Source of the DNA: Octopus vulgaris
Lineage: Eukaryota
DNA length: 64,000 nt
Assembly: GCA_951406725.2 (NCBI GenBank)
Contig: OX597824.1
Span: 43,710,001-43,774,000, forward strand
Direction: 5' to 3'
In this document: positions 1 through 11,224 of the stretch, piece after piece
Numbering within the stretch: the first letter of the stretch is position 1
Layout: each line of letters opens with the position of its first letter
Program-made: the position numbers and the translations under genes
The notes under the pieces: model-generated
Databases searched by the model: none
The model's input: the letters and a program-made list of their open reading frames with translations, nothing else
Told to the model about the DNA's origin: nothing

Positions 1-420
1 AAGTGTAAGTATGCGTGTATGTATGTGTCTGTGTGCGTATGTATGTATGTATGTGTGTACATTTATATGCATGTATTCTGCATATTCATGTTTTTGTGTG
101 TGTATGTGTGTGTGTACCTCTGTCTCCTAGTGTGTGCATGTCTGAGTGTATGGGTTTTTGTGACTATGTACTATGTCTGTATGTATGGATGTGTGTCTCC
201 ATATGTGTCCTTGTGTGAAGTGAAGTGTGTGTGTATATGGCCAGGTGTTTCAGTCTTCATTTGCATATGTATGTGTGTATGCGTGCTTGTCTGTTCATAT
301 TACCTATGTACCTATCCATCTGTATGTCTATCTATTTACATTAATATCCATTTGCCTACATACATGTGCATATACATATACATATACGTATACATATGCA
401 CACACACACATGCACACATC
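1..420. repeat. Degenerate (TG)n/(TA)n low-complexity tract
   Basis: Alternating purine-pyrimidine repeats that generate spurious CV/YI ORFs. Confidence 0.9.
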
Positions 421-489
421 TACAAAACAGCCTACTAACTATTCTACCTGTATATAAATGTAAACTGTGGGTATGGGGGTATGATTAGC

Positions 490-1030
490 TACTATATATA
501 TTTCCTATTTAGTACTGGGGATGTTTCATTTATGAGGACATATTCCTGTATTTCTCTGAGTGTTAGGTCCTTTGGGTGCTTGGATAAAATGCAGATGTCA
601 TGTTGACCCAGATTGCCTCCATGTTGGTCCTTGGTATGTTGGTAGAGTATGGAGGACTGTTTTTGTTGTCATATTGCCTCAAATGTTCGTTTAGCTTTTT
701 CCACAATGCTCCTTGATGTCTCACCTATGTATGTCATGTTCATGTCTTTACAAGCACCTATGCATCTTATGTTTTAGACTACATTTCTAGTTCTACAGTT
801 AATGCCAGAGCTAATCCTACATACTATGCAATTATCATTGGTGCATATGGTATTCTCAAAGAGATACATCCTATATAGTTGTGATTTGATGGAGTTCCCT
901 GGCTTTTCAACAATCTTAATGTTGAGTTTGGTCTCCCTTAGGGCTTTCCTAAATCTATGGGCTAGTTCTCCATGGGCTGTGGCCTCTACAAACATCACTC
1001 CTTGATATTTGGCGGTTTTATACTAAATGT
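490..1030 (-). mobile_element. Penelope-like element remnant (GIY-YIG endonuclease C-terminal part)
   Basis: ORF 774-998 with a CxxxxCxxC...C.TRNVV pattern, then IRC..ACK..MTYIGETSRSI, a frameshift, and ...LREIQEYVLINETSPVLNRK. Confidence 0.8.
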
Positions 1031-1271
1031 TCACTCTGTTTGCTTTGTCACAAGAATGCAGCTTGGATAACAGACTGAGTCAATGATTACTGAAAAGATT
1101 GCAAGACAACGAAAATTTTAGGAAAAATAAATAAATGAGTGGAAACTTTACCAGTCAGTGTGCTAAATAATAAGGCACTAAAAGAGAATGACTCTCCCCA
1201 GACACAACAAAATATGCTTCAACACAAGAACTCACATAAAGTATCTTGCAAACCAAATCAAAAAACGAAAT

Positions 1272-1327
<56 letters not shown>

Positions 1328-1613
1328 ATATTAATTTGCGAAGGTGTCATTAATTCTATTATTATCCAATGTAACTATTTAAAAAAATGATAATAACAGA
1401 ATCAATGACACAGGCAATAGCAGGCCAAAAATAGCATTAAATAGCCAAGGGATTAAAATTAATCAAAGGACATACTAAGTATGTCTACCTGCTTGAAATA
1501 ACAGTCAAAACTCTTATTAAATCGCCAAAAATATACTGATGAAAAACTACAGAAATCAAACGAAGGCAAAATCAGGTTAAGACAATCTACTAACATACAT
1601 TTAAGTATCTGGA

Positions 1614-1670
1614 CTCATGTGAACCGGTTTCTGCACTGGCAAAATAAGCCTTAGCTTCTTCAGCAGATAG
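1614..1670 (-). ncRNA. Candidate minimal (Penelope-type) hammerhead ribozyme
   Basis: Minus strand reads CUAUCUG-CUGAAGA-AGCUAAGGCUUAUUUUGCCAGUGCA-GAAA-CCGG-UU-CACAUGAG: intact core boxes, palindromic stem III, imperfect stems I and II. Confidence 0.6.
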
Positions 1671-1689
1671 ACATACTTAGTATGTCCAA

Positions 1690-2690
1690 GTTTAAAAGTC
1701 GTTTTCATGCTTTAGGAATGGTCACTTGTTACTTGAAGATCAACCTCATTCAGGGCAACTGTCAACCTGCTGAACAAATGAAAACATCATGAAAATTTAT
1801 GAACTGATCTTGGAGGACCATCACTGAACAATTGGCAAACTTTCTTATATGACTGGTGTGCCCTGGAGCTCCTGCCAATGAATTTTGAGTGAGGAATTGC
1901 GAATGAAAAGAATTGCATCAAAATTTGTGCCTTGCTAGCTCATGGATGATCAAAAGCAGTCATGATTGAATGTATGTTGTGAACTGAAAGAACAGTGGGA
2001 AATTGATCTGGACCTTTTTTGAAGGTCATCACTGGTGACCAAAGCTGGTGCTATGGCTACAACCCAAAAACGAAGCAGCGATCAATTGAGTGGAAGCATT
2101 CAGTGTCACCATGCCCCAAAAAGACACATCAAATGAAGTCCAAAGTCAAGATGATGCTGATTCGTTTCATCGATGCAAAAGGAATTGCCCACACAGAATT
2201 TGTTCCTCCAGGTCAAACTGTTACCCAAACATTTTACTTCACAGTTCTGAAGCTTTTGTGAGATACAGTGAGACAAAAACACCCCAACCTGTTGCAAAGG
2301 GAAGAGTGATGGTTTCATCACAATAATGCACCTGTGCACACCGCCTTGAGGGAGACAGTTTTGATCAAAAATAGCACGATCTTGCTTATACCCACCCTTC
2401 CTATTCACCCAATCTTGCTGTAACTTCTTTTTGTTTCCCTGAATGAAAAAAGTCCTTAAAGGAAAACGTTTTGAATACGTGGAAGAGGTGAAGAAAACAA
2501 AACGAAGGAAGCTTTAAAAAGCATCACATCGCAAGAGTTCCAGGACTGCTTCAAACAGTAGAAAATATGTCTGAACTGATGCATTGCTTCAAATGGAGAA
2601 TACTTTAAAGGCAATAAAAGTGTAAACATGCAAAACTAAGTGAATAAAATAATATTGCAAAATTCTGCTTTCTTTTGTGTGCCACCTCTT
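1690..2690 (+). mobile_element. 5'-truncated, decayed mariner transposon
   Basis: VITGDQSWCYGYNPKTKQRS.EW, EFVPPGQTV, HHNNAPVH and HPSYSPNLA motifs with stops and frameshifts; ends in a TIR-like sequence plus TA. Confidence 0.85.
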
Positions 2691-3149
2691 ATTTCATGAC
2701 CTTTGAAAGAATACATGCTGATTTAACCTATTTGAATTCTAGTGCCACTTAGATATTGAGAGGGCTATTTCTGGTGACAATATAAAAGGATATTATTGTA
2801 TCTAACTTTATTGTTATTTATGTACATCCTTTATTTTCTATATGTGTAATATTTTGACGGGTTCTAATATTGTGCTGTTTCAAGTGATTGGTTATTTCAA
2901 CCATAATATATTAAAATGTTTTAAAGAAAGACTCAGAGTATTTTGACAAAATGCTTTGCAGTATTTCTTTTTCTTCTTTACATTCTGAGTTCAAAGAGAC
3001 CAACTCTTTGCCTTTCATCCTTTTGAGATTGATAAAATAAAATACCAATGAAGTATCAGCTGACACCTATCTCAAATTTCAGGCTTTGTGCCTTTAGTAG
3101 AATCAATTATTATAATTGTTACTGGCAGAGTTGATTTTGATTAATCAGA

Positions 3150-3538
3150 ATCAAATCAAGATTAAGATCAAAATGGAAATTGTAGTTGTGCCCGATGTCA
3201 GTGCCATCTGACTGGCTCCCCGTGCCGGTGGCACATAAAAACATGGTCGATGCCAGCCCCCCCCCCCACTCATCTCTACTGGCTCCTGTGCTGGTGGTAT
3301 GTAAAAAGCATCATCCAAAAGTAGTTGATGCCAGTGCCACCTGACTGGTTCCCATGCCAGTGGCACATAAAGAGCACCCACTACACTCTTGGAATGGTTG
3401 GCATTAAGAAGGGCATCCAGCTGCAGAAACCTCGCCAGATCAAATTGGAGCCTGGTGCAGCTTACTAGCTTGCCAGTCCCCAATCAAACTGTCCAAGCCA
3501 TGCCAGCATGGAAAACGGATGTTAAATGATGATGATGA
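3150..3538 (+). mobile_element. Retroposon tail repeat ending in (GAT)n (RTE-3'-end/SINE type)
   Basis: Internal tandem tgccggtggcac units, ggaagggcatccagc core and gttaaatgatgatgat tail. Related copies at ~10797-11172(+), 15550-15750(+), 38197-38560(-) and 43287-43350(-). Confidence 0.75.
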
Positions 3539-4068
3539 GAGTTATATAAAAGCTCAAAGTTACCATTACTGGTGTCATTATTTAACTCTGAGTGAGCCCT
3601 AAACAAGCGAGTGCATGATAAAGGGTTTTCCAACTGTAACTATCCCTCTTCCTTTCAGGTAGTGTAGCTAGGACTATCTTATTCAAAGGGTCCTTCCTTT
3701 TATCAGACGGTAAAGTGTGATTTCTAGCAGGCCAAATAACTACATTGAGGTTTCCTTGTTGGCTCATTGTTATTCATGTTTTAGAATGTGGATGGATGGC
3801 AGAATCAGTAGATTATCTGGCAAAATTCTTTACTGTATTTAGTTGTCTTTTTATGTTGTGAGTTGATTATGTCTCTTATTTTGCAAAGTCAGTAAATAAG
3901 TACTGGCAAAGTACTGTGTTCAATATAATCAATTATACCTATCCCAAAATGTTGTGTTTTTTGCCCATGTTAGAAACTATTATTATTGTTGATCAATGCT
4001 AAAATTCTTTTAAAAAGAAGCAAATATCACATCTATTTTTTGCCTTCTTTTCAGTATTTCCTCAAAGG

Positions 4069-4092
4069 ATGCTACACTGGATCATTTTTTAG
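4069..4092 (+). promoter_or_regulatory. Upstream ORF (MLHWIIF*) in the 5' UTR part of the first coding exon
   Basis: ATG at 4069 (A at -3), TAG at 4090-4092; lies between the acceptor (4054) and the main ATG (4141). Confidence 0.6.
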
Positions 4093-4140
4093 AATCAGTG
4101 TGGTCGGTGCTAGCTAAGAAGGAGAGTAGTGATAAAAGCC

Positions 4141-4416
4141 ATGGAAACGGACAGAGATGTGGAAGCAGATTCTGGAAGATCCGGTTATTTCCGGCTGTTC
4201 ACAAGGGAAACCTTGTTTGACATCGAACGCCGGATTGCCGAGAGGCGTGCTCAAGCAGAGGACGCAGATTCTGATGAAGAAGAAAATGTAATGGAACTGA
4301 AGCCGAACCCTAAATTTGAAGCTGGTAAAGGCCTTCCCCCTTCTATTGGGGACGTGCCTGGAAAGTTTCAGGGTCGGCCACTGGAAGATCTTGATGAGTA
4401 CTATCATAATATGAAG
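4141..4416 (+). CDS. Nav1: Nav alpha subunit coding exon 1 (N-terminus METDRDVEAD...PLEDLDEYYHNMK)
   Basis: Acceptor ttcttttcag ends at 4054; gccATGg start at 4141; FRLFTRETL and PLEDLDEYY motifs; donor AAG|gtttgt, phase 0. Confidence 0.93.
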
Positions 4417-5677
4417 GTTTGTTAAACATAACTTTTTTCTATAATTTTTAAATTGATTCTGAATAGTGCATGTGTAAAAATAATTTGATTGAAATAATTT
4501 AGAAATTCTAATTTCTATAAATGTTAATAGATATCTTTTGGTTGTATAAGTTGTTTTCCCAAAGACAGAATTTGTCGCTTAACTATATAAGGAAAGAAAA
4601 CCCCACAGTGGTTTTATTTATTGTATGATTGTTAGTTATTGAGCAAATCTCAGCATTTAAAACTGTTTTCCAATTGATACAAATCAATAAACAATAAATA
4701 GGTTTGTTTATGCAGTGCTCTTGCTTTTTTTTTTTTTCTTTGTAGCTTGATACTAGTACACTTATTCTTATAGCCAGACTAACAATAACAGCGATAACAC
4801 TTTTGTCAAATATTTTAATTAAGACTTTTGTCTATGCTTGCTAATTCTTTATGCCAAATTTTACATTATTGCTCATCTCTTATTGGAGATATAATATTTA
4901 AGTTATATCAACCATTTTATCAGAATGAAATAATTACAATTTTAAGAATTGTTTATTAACTCAACTAATTAGGAATGGTTCCAGATTTAAGAACAAGTTG
5001 GATTTCTTTAAAGCCTAAACAAATATGGTATATGATAATATGATGATGGGACTTTGAAAGCTTTCTTTTTTATAAAAAATATATTTTAAAATTGCTCTTC
5101 TGTCAATGAAAATTTATCTTGTAACATTAAGAGGAGATGGAATAAATGTATTTTAGAAATTAGTAAATCTAAAGCATACAAAAATGGGTGAAATCTTAAA
5201 ATTTTAGAAGTATATTTTATAATCAAAGGGAAATATTAAAAGATTCAAGTCTATCAAACATATTCCAAAAAGAAAGAATTCTTAAATTATGACCAATATC
5301 CCTAAAGTATAAGATATGATAATTTTAAATACTGAAAGAAAAAAATAAGTGTTATTACAAGAATTAACAAACTATGGGACAGGAATGTGAATGCTACTCA
5401 TTCATATTTTGGGATTAAGATCAAGCTGAAATAGTTACTGCTGATCAATGGTTCTTAGACTTTTTCCAGTTGCTGCCCTTCTTTGCTCACAAGCTACATC
5501 CCTAACACCCCATCCTATGCACTCACATACAACAAACACACTTCTTTCTTGGTATCAGTATTTAGTCTACTGCTGATTTACAATAGCTAATCTATCACTG
5601 TAAACAAACTTATGTATTTTACAAATTAAAACTTAATCCAATAAATTGATTTAGTCAGCAGTATGACAAGTAAATTT

Positions 5678-5862
5678 AAGGTGGTGAGCTGGCTGAATTA
5701 TCAGCATGCCAGGCAAAATGCCTAGCAGGATTTCATCCATCTTTAGGTTCTGAGTTCAAATTCCACTGAGGTCAAATTTACCTTTCATCTTTTTGGGGTC
5801 AGTGTAATTGATACACCCCCTCCCTCAAAATTGCTGGCCTTGTGCCAAAATTTGTAACCAAT
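5678..5862 (+). mobile_element. tRNA-derived SINE
   Basis: A-box-like ggtgagctggctgaat, B-box-like gagttcaaattcc, conserved tail cttgtgccaaaatttg. Degenerate copies at ~2930-3110, 3790-3985, 28340-28590 and 38040-38180(-). Confidence 0.7.
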
Positions 5863-6471
5863 ATGAGCAAGTAAATTTACATTTCACATGTGACTACATT
5901 GGCTTCACAGTTTTAATGGGATGGCAAAGGCTTGTTGCAGGTGTATCAACTTCTCAGCATCAATCAGGAATGTACTGAGAAAAGTCTTAGGTCCTCACAT
6001 TCAGTAATTTTTAGTTTCTTTGTTTGGAAAGAAACTGGGACAATGCACTGAAGCCTTGTTCTACTAAATCCACTAAATATGATGTTAGGAAAACAATAAA
6101 ATACATCTTGACTTTGTTCAATAATGCAGATTACAGAGAAAAATGTATTTTTGTAACTGAAAATCATTATAATGTAATTTTTTGTTTTTTTCATATTTTG
6201 GCCTTATTTTAGTGTCATTTTAGAGTGAAATCAATTCTTCCTCTACCATTCCTGTTTCCTCATTCTTGATATCCAGGAATGAGTTGATTGCCCAGTCTGG
6301 TATTTTTAGTAAAAACAAAAAAAGATCCTGAAGTCTCAGGCATATCTATATACAGCATTATTGATTAATATATCAATAATCTAATGTGTAGGACATTGAG
6401 AGATTTTATTATCTGTACAGGACTCAAGATTTTATGCTGCTTGTTAGGATATTATTACTCAAAATAACCAC

Positions 6472-6640
6472 TCTGAATAAGCTGCCAGACGAGATAGTGA
6501 AGATGCCGACGACCGCTCGGTTCAAAGTCTCCCTTGACCAGAAATGGCCTGAACTCTTTGCATGAACACCACCCTGTACATAACTCCATGTCCCCCTACA
6601 TGGCCTTGCTTTTTGCTTTTTGAGCCAAAGAATTAACTTA
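6472..6640 (+). mobile_element. CR1-type LINE 3' end fragment
   Basis: Translates NKLPDEIVKMPTTARFKVSLDQKW, matching the typical CR1 ORF2 C-terminus (WNxLP...FKxxLD). Confidence 0.6.
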
Positions 6641-7019
6641 TCTTATAATATCAATATATGTGCATTCATGAAATATTAGATAACACTTAAATATAATAAA
6701 TATGACTGTGTCTTATTGACAATAGAGTAAATAAGAGATTGACTCTATTGGTCCCTTTTTCCTCATGACTCTTTGGATCTTTCCACTATACTCCCTGCCC
6801 TCCAGGAAGATGAGAAAAATGCTGCCTACTTTGGAAACCACTACTGTACATTTTCAAATTATTAATTACACCTAAGAAAATTCATTAAAGAAAATCCAAG
6901 TTTTAGAAAACTGACACAAATAAATTGGAGACTATTGTAACTATTTCTCCAGAGAATAATAATCTGTTTTCTGTCAATTTTTCAAAAATGTCTTGGCTTA
7001 AACTTAACACATCCTACTA

Positions 7020-8304
7020 TTTGGTTGATCCGAATATAATGGCCACTCTAAGTGTTGTGCTTTGAAATGCAATTTTATCATAGTATTTTAATTATATTTT
7101 AGGTGAATTTCAACATACCTAATAATTAATGTATGCTCTTTAATAATTTTCTACTTATTTCAGACAGAAACATTCTTGAAGCATAGGCACCCTTAATTAT
7201 GAACATGATAAAAAAGGACCTTCGCTTACTTTTCTTGCATGAGTTCAAGCTTGGGCACAATGCCTCCCAAGCTGCTGCCAATATCAACAGAGCATAGGGA
7301 GAGGGGTCCACAAGTGATCACACAGTATAAAAGGTGTTTTCAGAAATTCTGTGGTGGTAATGAAAGCATTGAAGATGAAGAAGGAAGAGGACAGTCAGGC
7401 AGTCTTGACAATGAACAATTGAAAAGCAATTGTTGAACAAAACCCATGTCAAAGTGTCAGCAAAATATCTCAAGCACTTGTTGTCGGTATTGTAACAGTT
7501 TCACGCAATCTGCAGAAGATTGGTTAGGTGAAAAAGCTTGATAAATGGGTACTGCATGAGCTCAATGAAAATCAAAAAGTTCAGCATTTTGAAGTGTGCT
7601 CAATGCTCTTTCTGCGAAACACCAATGATCCTTTTCTTGACTAAATGGTCACTTGTGATGCAAAGTGGATCCTTTATGGTAACTATAAATGATCAGGTCA
7701 ATGACTTGATCATGATGAGTCCCCCAAACATTTCCCAAAGTCAAAGTTGCATCAGTAAAAGATTATGGTGACTGTCTGGTGGTTTGCAATTGGTGTTGTT
7801 CATTACAGCTTTATGGAAGCCAATCAGAGCATTACAGCAGAGGTTTATTGCAATCAACTCACTGAAATGCATGCTCACTTGCACAAAATTAGATCTGCAT
7901 TGGTGAATCGGCATAACCCAATTCTGCTCCATGATAATGCAAAGTCACATGTTGCAAAAATGACACTGCAGGAACTCACAGACTTGGGATGTGAGACTTT
8001 ACCACATCCTCCATATTCTCCTGATCTTTCACCCACTGACTACCATATTTTAAAGCCTTTAAATACGTTTTTAAGTGATAAAACTTTCAGGTTCAAACCA
8101 GAGGTGACATCAGCTTTCAAAGATTTCTAAACATCAAAGCCAATAAGTTTTTATCAACGAGGTATGAATAATCTTGTTGATTGATGGCAGAGATGTAAAG
8201 ATGTCCAAAGCTCATACTTTGACTAATCAAAAAACTTCTATTGTTAATTTTTCCAAAATAAAATTATGTTTCTGAAATCAGCCATTATTTTCGGAACAGC
8301 CTAA
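7020..8304 (+). mobile_element. Full-length (1285 bp) decayed mariner transposon
   Basis: Imperfect TIRs tttggttgatccgaatataatggc / gccattattttcggaacagcctaa flanked by TA; HDNAKSH and HPPYSPDLSPTDYH motifs; several stops. Confidence 0.93.
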
Positions 8305-9077
8305 TAGAATTATCACCAACTAGCACATTTCCTCCAAGCATTACCATTTCTCTGTGGTAGTAAAAAAAAAAGCTTCAGATAGTAAAAATGTGTTTGTTTA
8401 TATTTGTTTTGTACCCTACAGTGCAATAGAAACATCACTTAATTATTCATATAATTTAATTATAACTCATGTATCACTCAATATATCATAGGTAGTAGCC
8501 ATAAACACCTTTACTTCTAAATTTTCTGACAAAACCATAGAAGAAAACAAATCAAATTTCAAATTTCAAAATCTTTTAAAAATACACAAGCCTGATAACA
8601 ACAAAAATAATTTTCCTTGTCAAAGAAGGGTTTGCTGGGCAAGCTTTATGTCAGTCTAATCATATTCAACATGGCTCCCTCTTTAAGACAATGTTTTACA
8701 GCCAGGTTTCTTTATCTGTCAGCAACCTTTTTAGTTGCCTCTTATAGCAACTAAAGATAGAGTGTATCTTTTCTATTTTTCTTTTTCAATATAAAAGCAT
8801 CTAATAAAATAATAGCTTAAAAATATATCAAGTTTCTATGAATATCAAATTTTATTTCATCCCCACTACTTGATTATATTAAAGGATTTATTATTCAGAA
8901 ACTAAAAGAAAAGAGATATTTTCCTCCAATTTTCACTTTTCACCTGTCAGTGTCTTGGTGTGGGAGGGGGGATTTGTCATTGTGAAAAATGTATCAAAAT
9001 TGTATTTACTTGTTGCACTAGAATGCATTTTAATGATGAAAAATTAATTTGTATCATTTTATTTCTTTATGTTACAG

Positions 9078-9196
9078 TGCTTTTGTGTAATAGCAAGAGA
9101 CAAAACTATCTTCAGATTTTCCGCAACGAAAGCTATTTTTCTGTTGAGTCCATTTAACCCATTAAGACGACTTGCTATTTGTATATTGGTCCATCC
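9078..9196 (+). CDS. Nav1: Nav coding exon 2 ([40 protein letters not shown])
   Basis: Acceptor gttacag; ends at the U12 donor CC|atatcctttt. Confidence 0.95.
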
Positions 9197-10378
9197 ATAT
9201 CCTTTTCCTTCATGTTTTCAAAATGACTTTGATTTCTTGCACTTTTGTATTTTGGTGATTAAAATTTAGTTCCATGTATCACAGAAGATGAACAGTTAAG
9301 GTAGTGCAGCTATTGGGCAGTAAATTTAGTATTATCTACAATTTGATTCAATAAAAAGTGATTGTTTAGATAATTATTACCTTATTGCCTAGAAACAAGT
9401 AACATGTGTGAAAAAGAAATAGTGTATCAGTTAGTTTACTTAAAATCTAATGATTTCAGCTATTAAACTGAACATTTATTTCAAGAGATTTTGTTCAGGA
9501 CATAGAGATTCACTATCTATTCTAAAACTAAGTTATTGTCTTGTTAGTGTTTTAGTCAGTAAAAGTTTGAAAGGATTGTGAAATAATTATATTTTGTGAA
9601 ACTGGAAAATTTAAATGTTTATGAAAAGGATATTGCTTTGGAGAGAAAATGAAAATTATATGGTTGTATGGACAAATGATAAATGAATGAATATGAAATG
9701 TTACTTAAAGTTAAATCATAACCAGAGTAAAGATAAGCTCAGAGAGCTAGGACTGAAAACTTTTTTTAAGAGTTTTTCATTCAGGACAAAGAGATTCCCT
9801 TTTCACTCTAGAAATAAGTTCTCTTGTCAGTGCTATAATTTTGGCATTGTAGTAAAAATAGAAGCAATGATTGTAGAAGTCTGTAAAATTTCAAAGGATC
9901 TGCAAATGTATACAAGTACAGAATTAATTTTCTTCAACTCTAGTCAGAGCTTGATTGTTCAAAACTTCCTCAATCTCCATGTGTAATCAGTATATACTAT
10001 TTACTGATGTAATATGTTGCTGAGTAAGTCTGGAGTGATCAAGATATAATGAGTCTAGAGCAATTTAAATTGAAAGGAATGAGCAAACATTAGAATTTTG
10101 CATGTCTGTACATTTGTTGATTGATACATGGATTATCATTATTTCTTTTAGCAGGAAATAAACTAATTTGTTTGAGGGATGAGATAAATTCAATGCAATC
10201 TCAATATATAAATGGTACTTAGTTGATCAGTTATAGTAGGAGGTTATGAAAGGCAGAATGAATATGCTGATAATAGTACTGGGGTTAATATTGAAGTTGG
10301 CTCTGGTTGTTATTTATTACTAATTTTGATTTAATTTTATGTAAAATTCTTTGTTATTGACTTCCTTAGCATCCATAC
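9197..10378 (+). other. U12-type (minor spliceosome) AT-AC intron
   Basis: 5' ATATCCTTTT at 9197; branch site TTCCTTAGC at 10362-10370; 3' end ...atccatAC. Splicing here restores the frame VHP-LFSLVVILTI. Confidence 0.93.
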
Positions 10379-10462
10379 ACTTTTCAGCCTTGTGGTCATC
10401 TTGACCATTGTTTGCAACTGTGTATTCATGACAATGAAGGATAATCCTCTACCCACAGCGGA
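10379..10462 (+). CDS. Nav1: Nav coding exon 3 (DI S1: LFSLVVILTIVCNCVFMTMKDNPLPTAE)
   Basis: Follows the AC acceptor; TI..NCVFM S1 motif; donor GA|gtaagt. Confidence 0.95.
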
Positions 10463-10636
10463 GTAAGTAATTTTTAGTAATTTCTTTAAAAAGTTTGATA
10501 TTAAGCATCATTGAATATTTTATAGAAGGTTAATATAAAATTTTCAGATAGGTTTCTTTAAGCCTCAGTAATTGCTATAACTTAGAACCATTGACAATCA
10601 ACAATCTGCCTGTGAACACTTTTCACAATATTTTAA

Positions 10637-11224
10637 CCCTTTAGCATTTAAACCAGCCATATCTACCTGTTTTATGTTCAGAATGACCAGATCTAGCTTC
10701 TCAAACTTACCCTGCAATGTAATTTTAAAAATAAGCTATCACATCATCAAAGTCTTGAAGCTACAAGATTATGTATGATTAATTCAAAACAATGTGCCAG
10801 TAGCATGTAAAGAACACCTTTGAGCATTGGGCTTCATGGAGGGAAAATGGCTGAGTTACTTTTGAGTGTTGGACCTCACGGAGGTACTGACCGAATCCTT
10901 TGGCATTATGTCATGCTTGAGAAAAAGACCCATCAAGCTGAGCAAAATCACAGCCATGGCAGATACTGGTGTCACACAAATGGCATCTGTGCTGGTGGCA
11001 TGTAAAAAGTACCCATTACACTCTTGAAGTGGTTGGTGCTAGGAAGGGCATCCATCCATAAAAAATCATGCCATATCAGACTTGAGTCTGGTGCAGCCTT
11101 CCAGCATGCCAACCCTGGTCAAACTGTCCAACCCATGCCAGCATGGACAACAGGTATTAAATGATGATGATGAATGTGAATAAATAAGCATTACATTTGA
11201 CAGAACAATCTGAATGCTAAGGCG
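10637..11224. mobile_element. piggyBac-type MITE (TTAA target) with a nested retroposon
   Basis: TTAA-ccctttagcatt ... aatgctaaggcg-TTAA; internal insert 10797-11172 flanked by the direct repeat aatgtg. Confidence 0.75.

Noticed and set aside
15-457. ORFs rich in CV/YI dipeptides here and at ~37.4k, 48-52k, 55.5k and 60k
   Set aside because: They are translations of (TG)n/(TA)n microsatellites, not genes.
3200-3380. Spaced short repeats (tgcc.gtggcac.taa) resembling a CRISPR array
   Set aside because: They are degenerate internal tandem units of a eukaryotic retroposon; no cas genes and no unique spacers.
3640-3715. Possible 5' non-coding exon (ctttcag...gacg|gtaaag)
   Set aside because: It lies within an interspersed repeat resembling copies at ~62.9-63.6 kb; no independent support.
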